From the NCBI GenBank assembly GCA_009699245.1, contig WLOQ01000008.1:31136-55135 (forward strand): 24,000 nucleotides of DNA, read 5' to 3'. A model generated the notes under the pieces. It was given only the letters and a program-made list of their open reading frames with translations, made no database searches and had not been told where the DNA came from. This DNA comes from Actinomycetota bacterium (GTDB lineage: Bacteria; Actinomycetota; Thermoleophilia; Solirubrobacterales; Solirubrobacteraceae). Positions 15,932 to 24,000 of the stretch are shown piece after piece (the first letter of the stretch is position 1; each line of letters begins with the position of its first letter). The position numbers and the translations under genes are program-made.

Positions 15932-16705
15932 ATGCCCGCACTCGACCCTGCTGTCGCTCGCCGGCTGTGGCGCTGGAATGTCGGCGTCGGCGGCCTGCAC
16001 CTCGTCCAGGCGATCGTCCTACTCGTCATCGCGGGCGCCGCGACCCTCCCGGTGACGGCGAGCTACATGCTCGGCCCGCCCGGCGAGGGCAGCTACGGCG
16101 GACCGAAGGACCTCTTCGATCTGCGAATCGATCTCGCCATCGCTGCATTCCTGCTGCTCGCGGCGGTCGATCACCTCGGGACCGCGGTGCGGCCGCTGCG
16201 GCCGTGGTACGAGGCGAACGTCGCGCGTGGGATGAACCCCGCTCGGTGGTGGGAGTACTCGATCAGCGCCTCGCTGATGGTCGTGCTGATCGCGATGCTC
16301 TCGGGGATGACGGAGCTCGTTGCGCTCGTCGCCCTCTTCGGCGTCAACGCGTCGATGATCCTCTTCGGTCTCGTCATGGAGCGCGTGAACGTGGGGCGCG
16401 AGGCAGTGGACTGGCGGCCGTTCATCTTCGGCTGCATCGCCGGGGCCGTGCCGTGGATCGCGATCGGGATCCAGCTGATCGTCTCGACGACCGAGGGCGA
16501 CGGGGTCCCTGGGTTCGTCTTCGCCATCTTCGTCACGCTCTTCGTGCTCTTCAACACGTTCGCGATCAACATGTGGCTCCAGTACCGCGGGCGCGGCCGC
16601 TGGGCCGACCCCGTGTTCGCGGAGCGCGTCTATCTGATCTTGAGCCTCGTGGCGAAGAGCGCGCTCGCCTGGCAGGTCTACGGCGGCGCGCTCGCGGGGT
16701 CCTGA
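15932..16705 (+). CDS. Heliorhodopsin (retinal-binding seven-helix photoreceptor)
   Basis: 257 aa from ATG 15932; the upstream 352 codons of the listed ORF are antisense to the SBP gene. It is collinear with heliorhodopsin 48C12 as I remember it. Shared motifs are GLHLVQ (His23), RWWEYSISASLM (Glu108), FGVNASMILFG, FGCIAGAVPWI, VPGFV and LSLVAKSALAWQ (Lys242, codon 16655-16657). Confidence 0.9.
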   Translation: MPALDPAVARRLWRWNVGVGGLHLVQAIVLLVIAGAATLPVTASYMLGPPGEGSYGGPKDLFDLRIDLAIAAFLLLAAVDHLGTAVRPLRPWYEANVARGMNPARWWEYSISASLMVVLIAMLSGMTELVALVALFGVNASMILFGLVMERVNVGREAVDWRPFIFGCIAGAVPWIAIGIQLIVSTTEGDGVPGFVFAIFVTLFVLFNTFAINMWLQYRGRGRWADPVFAERVYLILSLVAKSALAWQVYGGALAGS

Positions 16706-16712
16706 CCGAGCG

Positions 16713-17534
16713 TCAGCCGGTGAAGCGGCCGTCGCGGATGCGCTCGGCCTCCATGATCGCCAGCTCGTGGCCGCCGGGGACGACGATCTCCGGGTCCGGC
16801 ACGAAGTTCACCGCGGGGTCGCGACCCACGTAGTCGACCGCGTTGAGGATGACCTTCATCGCCTCGAGGCGCGCGAGATGCTTGTCCTCGGAGCGCACAA
16901 TCGTCCACGGGGCGTCGTTCGTGCTCGTGCGCTTGAGCATCCGGTACTTCATCTCCGTGAACTCGTCCCAGTGCTCCTGCGCCTGGACGTCGATCTCGCT
17001 GAGCTTCCACTCGCGCAGCGGGTCGGAGCGGCGGCGGTCGAACCGGCGCGCCTGCTCCTCTTTGGTGACGGAGAAGTAGAGCTTCACGAGGATCGTGCCC
17101 TGGCGCACGAGGTCCTTCTCAAAGCCGGTCACACCGCGCATGAACGCCTGGTACTCGTCGTCGGTGCAGAACCCGAAGATCGGCTCGACGACGGCGCGGT
17201 TGTACCAGGAGCGGTCGAAGAGGACCATCTCGCCGCCGTGCGGGAACTGCTCGACGTAGCGCTGGAAGTACCACTGCGTGCGCTGCGTCTCGGACGGCTT
17301 GCCGAGCGCGACGACGCGGTAGTGCTTCTCGTTCATGTAGCGCGTGACGCGCCGGATCGTCCCGCCCTTGCCGGCCGCGTCGCGGCCCTCGAAGAGCACG
17401 ATCATGCGGCGGCCCTGCTGCTCGAGATGCCGCTGGAGCTTGAGCAGCTCCACCTGATACGGGCGCAGGGTGAGCTCCTGGCGGCGGCGCCGCACCGCCT
17501 TGCGCTCGTCCGGGGTGCCGCTCTCCGTATCCAT
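16713..17534 (-). CDS. ppk2: Polyphosphate kinase 2 (PPK2), single-domain
   Basis: 273 aa. IVLFEGRDAAGKGGTIRRV (Walker A), WYFQRY and LFDRSWYNRAVVE motifs are characteristic of PPK2. Confidence 0.9.
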   Translation of the reverse strand: MDTESGTPDERKAVRRRRQELTLRPYQVELLKLQRHLEQQGRRMIVLFEGRDAAGKGGTIRRVTRYMNEKHYRVVALGKPSETQRTQWYFQRYVEQFPHGGEMVLFDRSWYNRAVVEPIFGFCTDDEYQAFMRGVTGFEKDLVRQGTILVKLYFSVTKEEQARRFDRRRSDPLREWKLSEIDVQAQEHWDEFTEMKYRMLKRTSTNDAPWTIVRSEDKHLARLEAMKVILNAVDYVGRDPAVNFVPDPEIVVPGGHELAIMEAERIRDGRFTG

Positions 17535-17563
17535 GGTGCAGAGCCTACGCCCAGACGCTGCGC

Positions 17564-18409
17564 TCAGGAACCGAGGACGTCGCGCCGGATGGCCGCGATC
17601 TTCTCGGCCCGGGCGCGGGTCGCTGCGTCATCGACGGTGGGGAGATAGAAGAGCACCCGGTCGATCTCCGCCTGTGCGTAACGCTCCAGGCGCTCGGGCT
17701 GCGTGCCGACCGCGAGGATCGTGACGCTCGCGCGGCGCCCCTGCTCGGCGGCCCGCGCGCGCAGCTCCGCGACGCGCTCGAGCAGCGCGTCGTCGTCGTT
17801 CGTCGCGGTCGGAATCCAGCCGTCCGCGTACTCGAGCGTGCGGTCGATCACCGTCGGGCCGTGCCCGCCGAGCAGCAGCTCGGGGTAGGGCTGCTGGAGC
17901 GGCTTCGGCCAGGACCAGACGCGGTCGAACTCGACGTGATCTCCGTGGAAGGACGCCTCGTCCTGGGTCCAGAGCGCCTGCATCGCCTGGACGCGCTCGC
18001 GCATCACCGCGAAGCGCTCGCGCGGCTCGACCCCGTGGTTGGTGACCTCCTCACGATTCCACCCGGCGCCGACGCCGAAGATGAGACGCCCACCGCTGAT
18101 GTGGTCGAGCGTCGCGACAGTCTTGGCCGTGACGATCGGGTCGTGCTGCGGCACGAGGCAGATACCGGCGCCGACGCGCAGCGTCGTCGTCGCGCACGCC
18201 GCCGCCGTGAGGGCGACGAAGAGGTCGTGCGAGCGCGTGTACTCGCGCGGGAGCTCGGCGCCGCCCGGCCACGGCGACTCGCGGCTCGCCGGAATGTGCG
18301 TGTGCTCCGGGAAGAAGAGCGACTCGAACCCGTTGCCCTCCGCGATCCGCCCGAGCTCGGCGGGATCGGGGCATTCGTCGGTCGGAAAGAGGAAGAGGCC
18401 TGCGTGCAT
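17564..18409 (-). CDS. LLM-class F420-dependent oxidoreductase
   Basis: ATG 18409 (MHAGLFLFPTDE...) lies 9 nt downstream of GAGG. ATG 18418 is an alternative that adds 3 aa. FFPEHTHIP and RLIFGVGAGWNREE motifs. It ends 29 nt upstream of ppk2, so the two are probably an operon. Confidence 0.8.
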   Translation of the reverse strand: MHAGLFLFPTDECPDPAELGRIAEGNGFESLFFPEHTHIPASRESPWPGGAELPREYTRSHDLFVALTAAACATTTLRVGAGICLVPQHDPIVTAKTVATLDHISGGRLIFGVGAGWNREEVTNHGVEPRERFAVMRERVQAMQALWTQDEASFHGDHVEFDRVWSWPKPLQQPYPELLLGGHGPTVIDRTLEYADGWIPTATNDDDALLERVAELRARAAEQGRRASVTILAVGTQPERLERYAQAEIDRVLFYLPTVDDAATRARAEKIAAIRRDVLGS

Positions 18410-18522
18410 GGGCCCCATCCTCGCCGATCAGGGCACCCTCCCGCGCAGCGGTCGCCCCGCCGCTGCCCCGCTAGTACGTTCGGCTCGACCGCCGCTCGGC
18501 GGCCGTGATCAGGAGGAAGATC

Positions 18523-20796
18523 GTGCTTCGACGTGTCCTCGCGCTCAGCGCGCTCGTGCTCGGCGTGGCCGCCCCCACCGCGGGCGCCGCGACGACCCTG
18601 AACGTCATCCCGCACGGCAACAGGGCGCCGGGTGTCTCCTGGGGCGGCGTCCCGGGCATGCTCCCTGCGGACACCTAGGCGAAGATGTACGACCGCCTGA
18701 CCCCGCTCTTTCGCAGCGTCACGGACGCCGCGCTCGTGCCGAGCACCGACGGTACCGGCTACTTCAAGTCCGCCGCGATCCTGCAGGAGAACGACCCGTC
18801 GTTCATCGTCAGCCAGACGGTCAGCGGGCGCGTCGGCGGGAAGACGGTCAGCGCGCGGATCAAGCGCGACGCCTACGGCGTGCCGTTCGTCTTCAGCGGC
18901 AGCGACGCCGGCGCGATCTTCGCCGCGGGCTACGTCGTCGCGACCGACCAGGCGCTGCTGCTCACGCAGGCGCGCTTCAACGGCCGCGCCGCGCTGATCG
19001 ACATGCCCGGCGTCTCCGCGATCCGGCTCGTCCTCGGGCTCTACAGCTATACGCCGAACGCGCGCATCGTGGCCGCTGCCGCGAGGCTCCAGACGAAGAA
19101 CATCCTGGCCCAGGGGGCACGCGGCAAGCAGCTCCTGCGCGACATCGACACGTACATCGCCGGCATCAACAAGCGCCTGAAGGAGGCGTCGCCGAGCGTG
19201 GCGAAGTTCACGCGCACCGACATCTACGCCCTCAACGCGATCAAGGCGCAGTTCCTCGGTGAGGGCGGCGGGAACGAGACGCAGAACGCGCTCTTCCTCA
19301 GCCAGCTGCGCACCACGCTCGGCGCGACGCGCGGCGATGGCGCCTTCAAGGACCTCCAGGCACGGGACGACCCGGAGGCCTCCGTCACGACGACGAAGGC
19401 CTTCCCCGCGCAGACCGCCGTGAGCGTCACGAGCCCGAAGGGCATGGTCCGGCTGCGCGCCGGCAGCTTCCGCTCCGCGTCCGTGACGCTGCCCGGGTCA
19501 TCCGGTCTGCGGGCGCTCCAGGACCCGAATCCCACGGGTCCGCGCCAGCTCGCGAGCAACATCCTGATCGTCTCGGGGTCGCGCTCGGCGACCGGCACGC
19601 CCGTCTTCGTCGGCGGTCCGCAGATCGGCTACAACTACCCCGGCCTGACGCTCGAGATGTAGCTGAGCAGCCCGGGCATCTCGGTCCGCGGCGCGACGAC
19701 GGCGCCCTACCCCGGCTACATGCTCATCGGTCGCGGGAAGGCGTTCGCCTGGACGCTCACCTCGGCCGGCGCCGACATCATCGACACGTACGCCGAGACG
19801 CTCTGCGGCGGGTCGAAGACGAAGTACCTCTTCAAGGGCCGCTGCCGCAGCATGGAGAAGGTCGCTGCGGGGACGATCTCGTTCGGCGCCGCGAAGACGT
19901 CGGCCACCTTCCACCGCACGGTCCACGGGCCGGTGATCGGCTACGCGACCGATGCGACCACTGGCAAGACGGTCGCGCTCTCGCGCCGTCGCTCGACCTA
20001 CGGCCGTGAGACGGTCGACCTGCTGTTCAACCAGCAGCTCACCTACGGCCGCGTCCACAACGCCCGCGAGTTCGTCAAGGCGGCGCAGAAGCCGCCGCAG
20101 ACCTTCAACTCGTTCTACGTGAGCGCCACCGAGTCGGCGTTCACCACGACGGGCCTGATGCCGATGCGGCCCGCCGGGGTCAATCCGACCCTGCCCGTCG
20201 ACGGCCGCGGGACGTACGAGTGGCGCGGCTTCCTCTCGGCGGCGGCGCATCCGTCCGCGATCAACCCCGCGAGCGGCCTGATCGTCAACTGGAACAACAA
20301 GCCGGCGAAGGACTTCCCCGCCGGTGACGGCCGCTTCGGCAGCGAGGGCGGGCTCCAGCGCAACCTGCTCCTGACGACGGAGCTGGCGCGCTACCCGAAG
20401 GCGAAGCTCGCGGACGCGGCCATGTGCACGACGCTCGGGGAGCAGGCCTGCTCCGAGCTGCGCGGCATGATCGGCATCTTCGACGCGCCCCTGGGCGGCG
20501 GCTACGGCGGCTGGCACCAGTACATGTGGAAGGACCTGCGCAGCGTCCTCGGGCAGAGCGTGACGGCGCCCTACACGGTGCGCTACTGCGGCGCCGGGGT
20601 CCTCGCAACATGCGCCGGCGACCTCTGGGCGGCCATCGCCGCCGGCGCCGCGGAGGCGGTCCCGGCCCTCGGCGCCGACCCGGCGGCATGGCAGGAGGCC
20701 GTGACCACCGTCGGGTTCTCCCCGGTCTCGCGTTACACGATGCAGTGGACCAACCGGCCGAGCGGCATCCACCAGGTCATGTCCTTCGGGCAGTGA
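18523..20796 (+). pseudogene. Penicillin acylase/amidase (Ntn-hydrolase) family gene with two in-frame TAG codons
   Basis: A single frame runs from GTG 18523 (AGGAGGA 5 nt upstream) to TGA 20794-20796. Sec signal peptide VLRRVLALSALVLGVAAPTAGA. Family motifs include YGVPFVF, the nucleophile region LASNILIVSGSRSATG (Ser codon 19555-19557), GGPQIGYNYPG and GRGKAFAWTLT. TAG codons at 18676-18678 and 19660-19662 split it into the listed 325-aa and 358-aa ORFs plus a 51-codon signal-peptide piece. Confidence 0.75.
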
Positions 20797-20829
20797 GCCC
20801 GCGCGCGATCGGGGTATGACCGGGAGGTC

Positions 20830-22290
20830 ATGCCCCGCGCGCGGCCGCTCGAACACGTCCACGTCGGTCCGCTGCCACCCGAGCGGTTTCGCTCGGTGGT
20901 GGATGACGACCGCTGGCGACTGCTCGACGCGGCCAACCACCGCGCGCGCTCGATCTTCGGCGCGCGCGTCGTCTGGAACGTCAACTCGACGGCGACCGGC
21001 GGCGGCGTCGCCGAGATGCTCCACTCGCTTACGGCCTACGCGCGCGGCGCCGGCGTCGATGCGCGGTGGGGCGTCATGGAGGCGGACGAGGAGTTCTTCA
21101 CGCTCACCAAGCGTCTCCATCACCTGCTCCACGGAAGCGCCGGCGATGGGGCCGGCCTGAGCCTCGCCGACCATGCGCTGTACGAGCGCGTCACACGGGA
21201 GAACGCGCAGCGCCTGGCGGCCGAGCTCTCGCCCGGCGACGTCGTCGTGCTACACGATCCGCAGACGGCGGGCATGGCGCCGGCCCTGGCGGACTGCGGC
21301 GTCGCGCTCCTCTGGCGCTCCCACATCGGGGTGGACGAGCCGAACGACGCGGTCCGAACCGGCTGGGACTTCCTCACGCCGTTCCTCGACGACGTCGACG
21401 CCTTCATCTTCACCCGCCGCGCCTACGTGCCGCCGCAGCTCGAGGGTCGGGACGTGAGCATCATCTGCCCGTCGATCGACGTCTTCTCCGAGAAGAACCA
21501 CCCGATGACCGGCGGGCAGATCGCCTCGGTCCTCGTAACCGCCCAGGTGCTGCACGGTGAGGTGACCGTCGCGCCGACCTACGTCACGCGCTCCGGCGGC
21601 CTTGAGCACCTCACGTGCCGCGCACAGATGGACGAGGACGCACCGGCCGGGCTCAACGACCGGCTCGTCCTGCAGGTCGGACGATGGGATCCGCTGAAGG
21701 ACCCCATTGGCGTGATCGAGGGCTTCGCGGAGCACGTCGCGGCATACGTGCCCGACGCCCACCTGATGCTCGCCGGCCCGGCACCCGAGGACGTCGACGA
21801 TGACCCGGAAGCCCTCAGCGTGCTCCACCGGGCGCGCGCCGTCCGCGCCGCGCTGCCCGCTGATGTGCGCGCGCGTGTGCACCTCGCCTGCGTGCCGATC
21901 TGCGACCGCGGCGAGAACGCCGCCGTGATCAACGCGCTCCAGCGTCACGCGACGGTGGTCGTCCAGAAGAGCCTCGCCGAGGGCTTCGGGCTCACCGTCA
22001 CCGAGGCGATGTGGAAGTCGCGCCCGGTGGTCGCATCCGCGGTCGGCGGGATCTGCGACCAGATCGTCAGCGGCGTCCACGGGCTCCTGCTCGACGATCC
22101 GACCGACCTGCCCGCCTTCGGCGCCGCCATCACGGCACTCCTCACCGATGCTCGCCGATCGGCGACGCTCGGGCGCGCAGCGCACGACCGCGTCGGCGCG
22201 GAATTCCTCGGCTCCCGGCACCTCATCCAGCTGCTCGGGCTGTTCGGCCGGCTGATCGACGAGCACGAGCGCGCCGCGAGCGCTGTGTGA
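20830..22290 (+). CDS. treT: GT4 glycosyltransferase, TreT-like (trehalose glycosyltransferring synthase)
   Basis: 486 aa. [18 protein letters not shown]...ARWGVM...[47 protein letters not shown] and [25 protein letters not shown] are collinear with archaeal TreT as I remember it. Confidence 0.75.
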   Translation: MPRARPLEHVHVGPLPPERFRSVVDDDRWRLLDAANHRARSIFGARVVWNVNSTATGGGVAEMLHSLTAYARGAGVDARWGVMEADEEFFTLTKRLHHLLHGSAGDGAGLSLADHALYERVTRENAQRLAAELSPGDVVVLHDPQTAGMAPALADCGVALLWRSHIGVDEPNDAVRTGWDFLTPFLDDVDAFIFTRRAYVPPQLEGRDVSIICPSIDVFSEKNHPMTGGQIASVLVTAQVLHGEVTVAPTYVTRSGGLEHLTCRAQMDEDAPAGLNDRLVLQVGRWDPLKDPIGVIEGFAEHVAAYVPDAHLMLAGPAPEDVDDDPEALSVLHRARAVRAALPADVRARVHLACVPICDRGENAAVINALQRHATVVVQKSLAEGFGLTVTEAMWKSRPVVASAVGGICDQIVSGVHGLLLDDPTDLPAFGAAITALLTDARRSATLGRAAHDRVGAEFLGSRHLIQLLGLFGRLIDEHERAASAV

Positions 22291-22341
22291 CGAGGACGCA
22301 GCGGGGGGGAAAGGCGCGGGGCGCGTCGAATCCGCCACGAG

Positions 22342-23481
22342 GTGAGCCAGCCGATCGAAGACCACATCCTCCCGCGCTCGGAGGAGAACCTCGGGCCGTC
22401 GACACGCACCGTGTTGCGGATCGTCTTCACCGTGCTGCTCGTCGTCGGGATCCTCGCGCTGATCCGGATCCTCTGGCAGCCGCTCGCCTGGATCTTCCTC
22501 GCGACCTTCCTCGCCATCGCGCTCTCCGGGCCCGTCAACATCCTGGCGCGCCGGATGCGCCGCGGCCTGGCGATCACGATCGTCTACATCACCGTGCTGC
22601 TCGTCCCCGCGGGGCTCGCCGTGCTCATCGTGCCGCCGCTCGTGCGTCAAGGCGTCGAGTTCGCGAACAAGCTCCCGCAGTACTCCCAGGACTTCCAGGA
22701 CCAGGTCGACAAGAACCCCAAGCTCGGCAAGATCAACGAAGACTTCGGCGTCACCGATCGGCTCGACAAGCTCGCCGCGGACCTCCCCAACCGCGTCGGC
22801 GAGTCGACGGGGACGCTGCGCGACCTCGGCACGGGACTTGTCAACTCGCTCTTCGCGGGGCTGACGATCTTCATCCTGTCGATCTTCATGGTGTCCCGCG
22901 GCAGACGCTGGATCGACATGGCGATCGACTTCCGCGGCGGCCCGCAGGCCGAGAACCTCAAACGCACAGCCGACCGCATCGCGAACGCCGTCGGCAACTA
23001 CGTCGGCGGGGCGCTGCTCCAGGCGGCCGTGGCGGGCATCACGTCGTTCATCGTCCTGTCGATCCTCGGCGTGCCCTTCGCCGGCGCGCTGGCGCTGATC
23101 GTCGCGGTCTTCGACCTCCTGCCGATGGTCGGAGCCCTGATCGCGGCGATCCTCGTCGGGATCCTCACGCTCTTCAGCGACTTCCCCACCGCGACGATCA
23201 TCTGGGCGATCTTCGCGATCGCCTACCAGCAGTTCGAGAACTACGTGATCCAGCCGCAGATCCAGAAGCGCGCGGTCGAGCTCGAGCCGTTCGTCGTGCT
23301 CGTCGCCGTCCTCTTCGGGGCTGCGATCTTCGGGATCATCGGCGCGCTCATCGCGATCCCGGTCGCGGCGACGATCCAGATCTCCGCGCAGGAGTGGTGG
23401 CGCTATCGCCTCGAGCAGCGCCTCGGGATCGTCGACCGGGGCGAGTCGCCCGCGACCGGGCCCGCCCAGCCCGACAGCTGA
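22342..23481 (+). CDS. AI-2E family transporter (PerM/UPF0118-type membrane protein)
   Basis: 379-aa polytopic membrane ORF with a GTG start whose exact position is uncertain. [29 protein letters not shown] is typical of the family. Confidence 0.8.
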   Translation: MSQPIEDHILPRSEENLGPSTRTVLRIVFTVLLVVGILALIRILWQPLAWIFLATFLAIALSGPVNILARRMRRGLAITIVYITVLLVPAGLAVLIVPPLVRQGVEFANKLPQYSQDFQDQVDKNPKLGKINEDFGVTDRLDKLAADLPNRVGESTGTLRDLGTGLVNSLFAGLTIFILSIFMVSRGRRWIDMAIDFRGGPQAENLKRTADRIANAVGNYVGGALLQAAVAGITSFIVLSILGVPFAGALALIVAVFDLLPMVGALIAAILVGILTLFSDFPTATIIWAIFAIAYQQFENYVIQPQIQKRAVELEPFVVLVAVLFGAAIFGIIGALIAIPVAATIQISAQEWWRYRLEQRLGIVDRGESPATGPAQPDS

Positions 23482-23522
23482 TCGGTCACATCCGCACGCC
23501 CGCAGGCTGCGACGATGGATCC

Positions 23523-24000
23523 ATGCGCATCGGATTGCTCACCGGCGGCGGCGACTGCCCCGGCCTCAACGGCGTGCTGCGGGCGGTCGTGCGACGGGGC
23601 GTGCGCACCCATGGCCATGAGTTCGTCGGCTTCCGCCACGGCTGGGCCGGCTTCACCGACGACAACACCGTCGACCTGACGATCGACAGCACCTCCGGGA
23701 TCCTCCCGCGCGGCGGCACGATCCTCGGGACCTCACGAACCAACCCGTACAAGGACGGCGCCGACGGCACCGCCGTCATCCGGGCCGCGCTCGAGCGCAA
23801 CGGCGTCGACGCGCTGATCCCGATCGGCGGCGAGGACACGCTCGGCGTCGCCGCGCGCCTCGCAGCGGACGGCGTGCCGGTGGTCGGCGTCCCCAAGACG
23901 ATCGACAATGACCTCGACGGGACCGACTACACCTTCGGCTTCGACACGGCCGTCCAGATCGCGACCGACGCGATCGACCGCCTCCACACGACGGCCGAGT
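23523..24000 (+). CDS. pfkA: 6-phosphofructokinase (ATP- or PPi-dependent), 5' partial at the window edge
   Basis: Not in the ORF track because no stop lies within the window. My translation from ATG 23523 is [23 protein letters not shown]...ILGTSRTNP...[12 protein letters not shown]...[12 protein letters not shown]...TFGFDTA, which carries canonical PFK motifs. Confidence 0.9.
   Translation, partial: MRIGLLTGGGDCPGLNGVLRAVVRRGVRTHGHEFVGFRHGWAGFTDDNTVDLTIDSTSGILPRGGTILGTSRTNPYKDGADGTAVIRAALERNGVDALIPIGGEDTLGVAARLAADGVPVVGVPKTIDNDLDGTDYTFGFDTAVQIATDAIDRLHTTAE

Noticed and set aside
18676-19662. Reassignment of the TAG codon (for example to pyrrolysine or another sense reading) as the explanation for the two amber codons in the acylase gene.
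   Set aside because: TAG terminates about nine well-supported genes in this same window at sensible C-termini. No pyl-like genes or suppressor tRNA are visible here. Site-specific readthrough cannot be excluded, but a changed genetic code can.
19555-19662. The acylase as a natural two-gene (alpha and beta subunit) arrangement.
   Set aside because: The break lies 35 codons downstream of the nucleophile Ser that defines the alpha/beta boundary. The downstream piece has no RBS or start until 19720, and a second TAG cuts off the signal peptide.
22303-22309. A G7 homopolymer in the treT/AI-2E intergenic region as a possible phase-variation tract.
   Set aside because: It is short for slipped-strand switching and is not positioned between recognisable -35 and -10 elements. 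G-runs are expected by chance at this GC content.

Overview
Very GC-rich (about 70% by eye) bacterial chromosomal segment that looks like Actinomycetota. Supporting signs are two F420-type LLM oxidoreductases, TAnnnT -10 hexamers 6-8 nt upstream of several start codons (leaderless-looking genes), and a TreT-type trehalose synthase. I support 21 intact-looking CDSs, one gene disrupted by stop codons, one tRNA-Arg(ACG), and a few hairpins and operator-like sites. I saw no integrase, transposase, CRISPR array or recognisable defence genes.

Gene order:
- LysR regulator, tRNA-Arg, and an orphan, apparently truncated ABC-2 permease.
- Two tandem paralogous DHA2-type MFS transporters.
- ABM monooxygenase-like protein, aldo/keto reductase and an SDR.
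- Two divergent genes, each encoding a tandem double-EthD-domain protein.
- A minus-strand operon of SDR, enoyl-CoA hydratase and two KstD-like flavoproteins.
- LLM/F420 oxidoreductase and an orphan Leu/Ile/Val-type substrate-binding protein.
- A heliorhodopsin, convergent with PPK2 and a second LLM oxidoreductase.
- A penicillin-acylase-family gene interrupted by two in-frame TAG codons.
- TreT-like GT4 glycosyltransferase, AI-2E-family transporter, and the 5' part of a 6-phosphofructokinase.

Most interesting:
1. The heliorhodopsin keeps the Schiff-base Lys and counterion Glu. It sits between an orphan binding protein and PPK2, and no retinal-synthesis genes are in view.
2. The acylase gene is otherwise intact (RBS, signal peptide, nucleophile Ser) but carries exactly two amber codons.
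3. An uncharacterised oxidoreductase cluster is built around twin double-EthD proteins and paired KstD-like flavoproteins.
4. Very short divergent intergenic regions (32 and 49 bp) contain mirror-image -10 boxes for leaderless genes.

All functional calls rest on motif recognition by eye and from memory. No database search was run.
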